Assembly: GCA_018985225.1 (NCBI GenBank)
Contig: JADGIF010000348.1
Span: forward strand, 1 to 10,400
Direction of reading: 5' to 3'
Origin: Amoeboradix gromovi X-113
Taxonomy: Eukaryota; Fungi; Sanchytriomycota
Length of the DNA stretch: 10,400 nucleotides
Both the position numbers and the translations under genes were made by a program. The notes beneath the pieces were generated by a model, which saw only the letters and a list, made by a program, of their open reading frames with translations, was not told the DNA's origin and did no database searches. This document shows, in pieces, positions 6,492 to 10,400 of this stretch. Each line of letters begins with the position of its first letter. Positions within the stretch are counted from its first letter, which is position 1.

Positions 6492-9400
6492 TTATTGAAA
6501 ATGTAGCCACACTGGCTTGGGTGCTATCTTGGGAAAGTCTAATGGTTTGCACACGCTGGCAGCATATTCTGACAAATCTTGCTTTGTAACTGCATTGCTT
6601 CGTCCTAAAATAGTCATTTGCTTGCTAAATAGAGAATAATCAAAGAATTTTTTTGAATCGTATATTAGTTGATAACAGTTGTACACACAAGTATAAAAGC
6701 CCATTGCCTCCTTAAACAAAGATGCCAGAAATAGTTGACAATGAAACTGCTGATACTCTACTAACTTATCATTGAAAATGTTTACCAGCTTGATAAATTC
6801 ATTAATTATATAGACCTCCTCGTAAATAGTGCCTTTTCGTCTCCCACTCTGCTTCTTCTTCTCTGATTTACGTTTTGATTTCCCAGTTTTACCAGTTTTA
6901 AAAGTAAGTCGTGACAGTCCTGTAACCTGACTTAATAGTGTCGATCTGTTAGTGTCTTGAGATCCCATCGATCCAACATCATCGAAATCCATAAATTCAT
7001 TTTCATTCTCCAATAAATCTAATTTTGTTTCCATGAGCTGCCTGCATGTGTCTATATCAGCAACCATTGTATTAAGTTTTAAGGAGTATGAGGAGATCTC
7101 TGCTTCCAGTATTTGCAGTTTGGTAAACATCATTTTGTTGTTCTCTGTCAAATAAAACGTTAAGAATGGATCAAAGTCATTAAATACTGAAGCATCATTC
7201 GAGTCCATTCTGAGAAGTGACATTACTTGGAATATCCCTTGATAATCCTCAAATATTTCCAGTATATCAAGCAGATCTTCACTGCTATCTTGGCTACAAA
7301 GCGCACTTGATATGTAATATTTATGCTCTGCAAATGCTTCCATTGCTTTTTTATAGTTCTTGCTCATATAGTAGCATATACCTGCTGGTAATGAATGTCT
7401 CTTCTCCTGCAAATACTCACCGTATAGCGACCAGATGTCAATCCAACATGAGTGATTCCTATTAAAATCTATCATGTATTTTATAGGATGTTTAAATGAT
7501 GAATAGTGCACTACGTGTTTAATTATCATGCTATGGTAATCCTTTTTTGATTCCAATAGATGAGTCGTCGCCCTTCCAAACTCTTCAATCTGTACATCAA
7601 TCCTGTACTTCTGTTCTTCCACGCTCAATTCTTTGAGTTCCTCTATAAACGGTAGGTATTCTTGAGGGTCTATGCCGCAATGCCGCGCTACAAACTGCAC
7701 AAAAACCAGATCATACGTTTCATACGCCTTGCTGAAAAGAACTGTTTTACTCGTCAAAAATATACAATACTGCAACAATGAGAGTGCCAGCTGATGATCA
7801 GACATGGTCGAGTGTATAATTAGCAATCCCTTTTCAATGTTACTATCATCCCTCACATATGCCGTTAATAAAGATTGCAAGTCCCCTAAAGGCCATTTCA
7901 CGTAGTCCACAGTATTCTTTGTAGCCAATGCATTTCTTATAGCCGCTAAAACTTTTTTAACTTTGTTTTTAGCAATTACACCAGAAAATCCCAAAAAATT
8001 AGATTCTTCTAAATACAATTCTTTTAAACAGTTCTTGGAGTTCAAACTAGTTGATATAAGATTAATACGATCCGGTGTACATTGGTCTACTATTAATGAA
8101 GCAGTGATAGAAATATCAAATATGTTTATATCAAAAAACAGGTTGAAATCTATTCTATGCTCTCTTGATAATTCCACAGCGGCATCAAGGTTTTTATCCG
8201 CTATAAAGGAGTAGATAGATGATATTACGAATGGTCTAGGTGAAAACGATTCTAAGTTTCCACGAGGTAGCTGGACAAGTAGTAAGTCATCGTGACAATC
8301 TATGATAGTAGATCCATGCTCAATTGGTCGAGTGTAAGAAGATTTGATGTTGCTTGTATCGTATATCACTAGGTCGTCCGTAGTGGTAGAGCAAACTAGA
8401 AAATGTTTATATAAAATAAAAGAAGAAACCTTGCTAGTTATTTTTTTAAAATCACGAACAAATGAGTACAATATACCATCACTAGAGAGGATGTAATACA
8501 CGCTTCCGTAACATATAGCTTTTACAGGTTTAAAAGGAATATTACAAACAGATTTTTGTGAACTAAACAAAACAACTTCAGTAGATATTAGTGAACACTC
8601 AATGTTGAAGCAAACGTCAACACACCATGGATGCTGTATAAGACTAAATCCGTTATCATAATGAATAAGTATCGGTTTTAATTCATCATCGATAGCAGAA
8701 ACAAAGTATTTATCATCGAGGGCAAAAATGGAGGCAATAAACAAAGCTGCAGGTAACGGTATTTTGCGATCATATTTGACAGGTGTATTAAAACCATTCA
8801 AATAATTTGTGTTCTTGATATACAGATGGGATCTAGAAACCGCATACAAAACAGATTCGTCTAAACAGCAGCCTACAATTTCTTCATCATACTCAATTAT
8901 AGAATGGCAATAAGGCGGGGGAATACACCCAAGCTTAGTGTTGGTAAACATTACGCTTTTACCATTAATGACACCAATTTGAGCATGACTTGCAACTACA
9001 CTAAGCAGTAGTTCAAATGACAAAGAACGCGATTTAGAGGTAAAATTTATAGAATTTTCTACCACGTGCCATTTAATAGAGCTCAGGTGTACTGTGTTAG
9101 ATATGTACCATTCAGAATTCATACATATCCAAATCAACAATAATCTGTCACTTGAGTTCATTGATTTGATCTCCATGAATACAATAGTTTGATCTTCATT
9201 TACCTGCATATCGGCAACAGTGTAATCGGTATAAGGAATAATGAAACTTCCATGTTCGAGACCATTAGGCTCAACAAAAACACAGTACAACCTGTTTCTT
9301 CTTCTTTGGACAGTCATAACTCTGTGTTTGTACCAGCATATAGTGTTTGCTATTGGATGTTCATGTTTGCTATATAAATCACCATCTTCGTTAAAAATAA

Positions 9401-9692
9401 ACAATCTGTTTTTGTGCTGAATACAAAAATATTCTTCGTCAAATCTCCATTTAACCTTGTCCTCACCAGTTTCAGTGCTAAACAACTCATCACTTGCAAT
9501 ATTTGTATGCTTGCCAATTGTTTGTACTTGGGTTTCTTTGTTGCCCCAATTGGGTGTCTGGTTAACAAAAAAAGGATTTCCATCGATTTGGAATTCATCG
9601 CCATCCAATGTGAATGTAGAGCCATTCAAATGCAGACGATCATCAACAAATTCAGGTTGTACTTCTGTAGGAATAAACTTAATTGAGTTCAT
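6492..9692 (-). CDS. ELP1: Elongator complex protein 1 (IKI3/IKAP family), 1066 aa, no frame-disrupting intron
   Basis: Family motifs in the expected order: WGNKETQ, WRFD..YF, EPNGLEHGSF, W...NSEWY, IPPPY, RPIEHGS, QLPRGNLE...PR, HRIDFN, YDL......DPQEYLPF, and the basic tail ...RRKGTIYEEVY. Confidence 0.95.
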   Translation of the reverse strand: MNSIKFIPTEVQPEFVDDRLHLNGSTFTLDGDEFQIDGNPFFVNQTPNWGNKETQVQTIGKHTNIASDELFSTETGEDKVKWRFDEEYFCIQHKNRLFIFNEDGDLYSKHEHPIANTICWYKHRVMTVQRRRNRLYCVFVEPNGLEHGSFIIPYTDYTVADMQVNEDQTIVFMEIKSMNSSDRLLLIWICMNSEWYISNTVHLSSIKWHVVENSINFTSKSRSLSFELLLSVVASHAQIGVINGKSVMFTNTKLGCIPPPYCHSIIEYDEEIVGCCLDESVLYAVSRSHLYIKNTNYLNGFNTPVKYDRKIPLPAALFIASIFALDDKYFVSAIDDELKPILIHYDNGFSLIQHPWCVDVCFNIECSLISTEVVLFSSQKSVCNIPFKPVKAICYGSVYYILSSDGILYSFVRDFKKITSKVSSFILYKHFLVCSTTTDDLVIYDTSNIKSSYTRPIEHGSTIIDCHDDLLLVQLPRGNLESFSPRPFVISSIYSFIADKNLDAAVELSREHRIDFNLFFDINIFDISITASLIVDQCTPDRINLISTSLNSKNCLKELYLEESNFLGFSGVIAKNKVKKVLAAIRNALATKNTVDYVKWPLGDLQSLLTAYVRDDSNIEKGLLIIHSTMSDHQLALSLLQYCIFLTSKTVLFSKAYETYDLVFVQFVARHCGIDPQEYLPFIEELKELSVEEQKYRIDVQIEEFGRATTHLLESKKDYHSMIIKHVVHYSSFKHPIKYMIDFNRNHSCWIDIWSLYGEYLQEKRHSLPAGICYYMSKNYKKAMEAFAEHKYYISSALCSQDSSEDLLDILEIFEDYQGIFQVMSLLRMDSNDASVFNDFDPFLTFYLTENNKMMFTKLQILEAEISSYSLKLNTMVADIDTCRQLMETKLDLLENENEFMDFDDVGSMGSQDTNRSTLLSQVTGLSRLTFKTGKTGKSKRKSEKKKQSGRRKGTIYEEVYIINEFIKLVNIFNDKLVEYQQFHCQLFLASLFKEAMGFYTCVYNCYQLIYDSKKFFDYSLFSKQMTILGRSNAVTKQDLSEYAASVCKPLDFPKIAPKPVWLHFQ

Positions 9693-10308
9693 CTGAAGGA
9701 GATCTCCTTGATGTGGAATAAAACTGTTTGGGACCCAATTTCAGAAATGTCTCCAACTCCAAGTCGGAGGACTTGCTGGAAAGATGTATCGGTCCCGCAA
9801 TGAGCATTAAGCCTTTTTCAATATGAGAATGCACTGACAGTATCTCTTTCAAAACAGCATGGGCTGATTAGTGCTTAGCCATGTATTGCAATATATCTAC
9901 CGATAACCATTTTCATGTTCTGTCCTAATCTCCATCACCCAGTAAATCGATATACTGCATCCCTTTCTTCCTTTCAATATATCTTTCTCAATCTCGCACT
10001 AATTTTTATTTCAGTGCCTTCGGGCTGATAGTCTTGAAAGAAATATTTTGGACATCGTTTAGGAAGCCTTTGGTAATTTGGAAGTCCTGAGATGTTGTTT
10101 GTGTTTACAATTATTAACTGATAACTAAAAAGGACTGTACTTGAATGTAATGATACACTTGCACATGTTCTCTTAATTATAGTCTTATGTCTTTTCGATG
10201 TGTTGATTTTGAATTATTGTCTTTTCTAGTATTTCAATATCATCTTATTTTGCTCTTTTGCAATGGCTCTTTTTGTCTGGTTTATAAGGATGATGAATCA
10301 ATGATAAT

Positions 10309-10400
10309 TGGGACACCAAATATAAAAACTAGACTAACTCGTTTTTAAAGGTGTACCATACGGAGGAAATACTATCATTAATAAAAGATCTTCTATTATA
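10309..10400 (-). repeat. Right copy of the long inverted repeat, truncated by the window edge
   Basis: Its reverse complement aligns to 276-367 with 4 substitutions, and the match runs to the last base of the window. Confidence 0.95.

Noticed and set aside
7217-9696. Six short ORFs overlapping ELP1
   Set aside because: Antisense or alternative-frame by-products of a long CDS.
9704-9709. AAGGAG Shine-Dalgarno-like motif before ELP1
   Set aside because: The locus is clearly eukaryotic; the motif is one arm of the palindrome.
9693-9724. Intron joining the upstream open frame to ELP1 (CAG precedes the ATG)
   Set aside because: GT-AG pairs from the nearest GT give 18, 21 or 32 nt, none of which puts the upstream frame in phase with ELP1.
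1-10400. Alternative genetic code, CRISPR array, tRNA/rRNA, intact transposase or prokaryotic system
   Set aside because: Long genes read through in the standard code and end at TAA/TGA at the expected C-termini. I saw no spaced direct repeats, cloverleaf or catalytic mobile-element motifs.

Overview
AT-rich, very gene-dense EUKARYOTIC DNA in the standard genetic code. The proteins are fungal-type but strongly diverged and shortened, so an early-diverging fungus or holomycotan with a compact genome is inferred, not proven. There are five protein genes: an ankyrin-repeat protein (+), PRP19 (-), a WASP/Las17-family Arp2/3 activator with a CRIB motif (-), glutamate-cysteine ligase GSH1 (+) and Elongator subunit ELP1/IKI3 (-). 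Three things stand out. (1) PRP19 and GSH1 are each interrupted by a GT-AG intron of exactly 19 nt, missed by the ORF track; removing it restores the frame and conserved motifs. (2) The spliceosomal factor Prp19 encoded here is itself much reduced. (3) The whole five-gene block lies between two inverted copies of a repeat of at least 92 bp (88/92 identical). The right copy is cut by the window edge, a 16-bp core recurs internally, and the left copy abuts a start-less CCHC zinc-knuckle-like reading frame.
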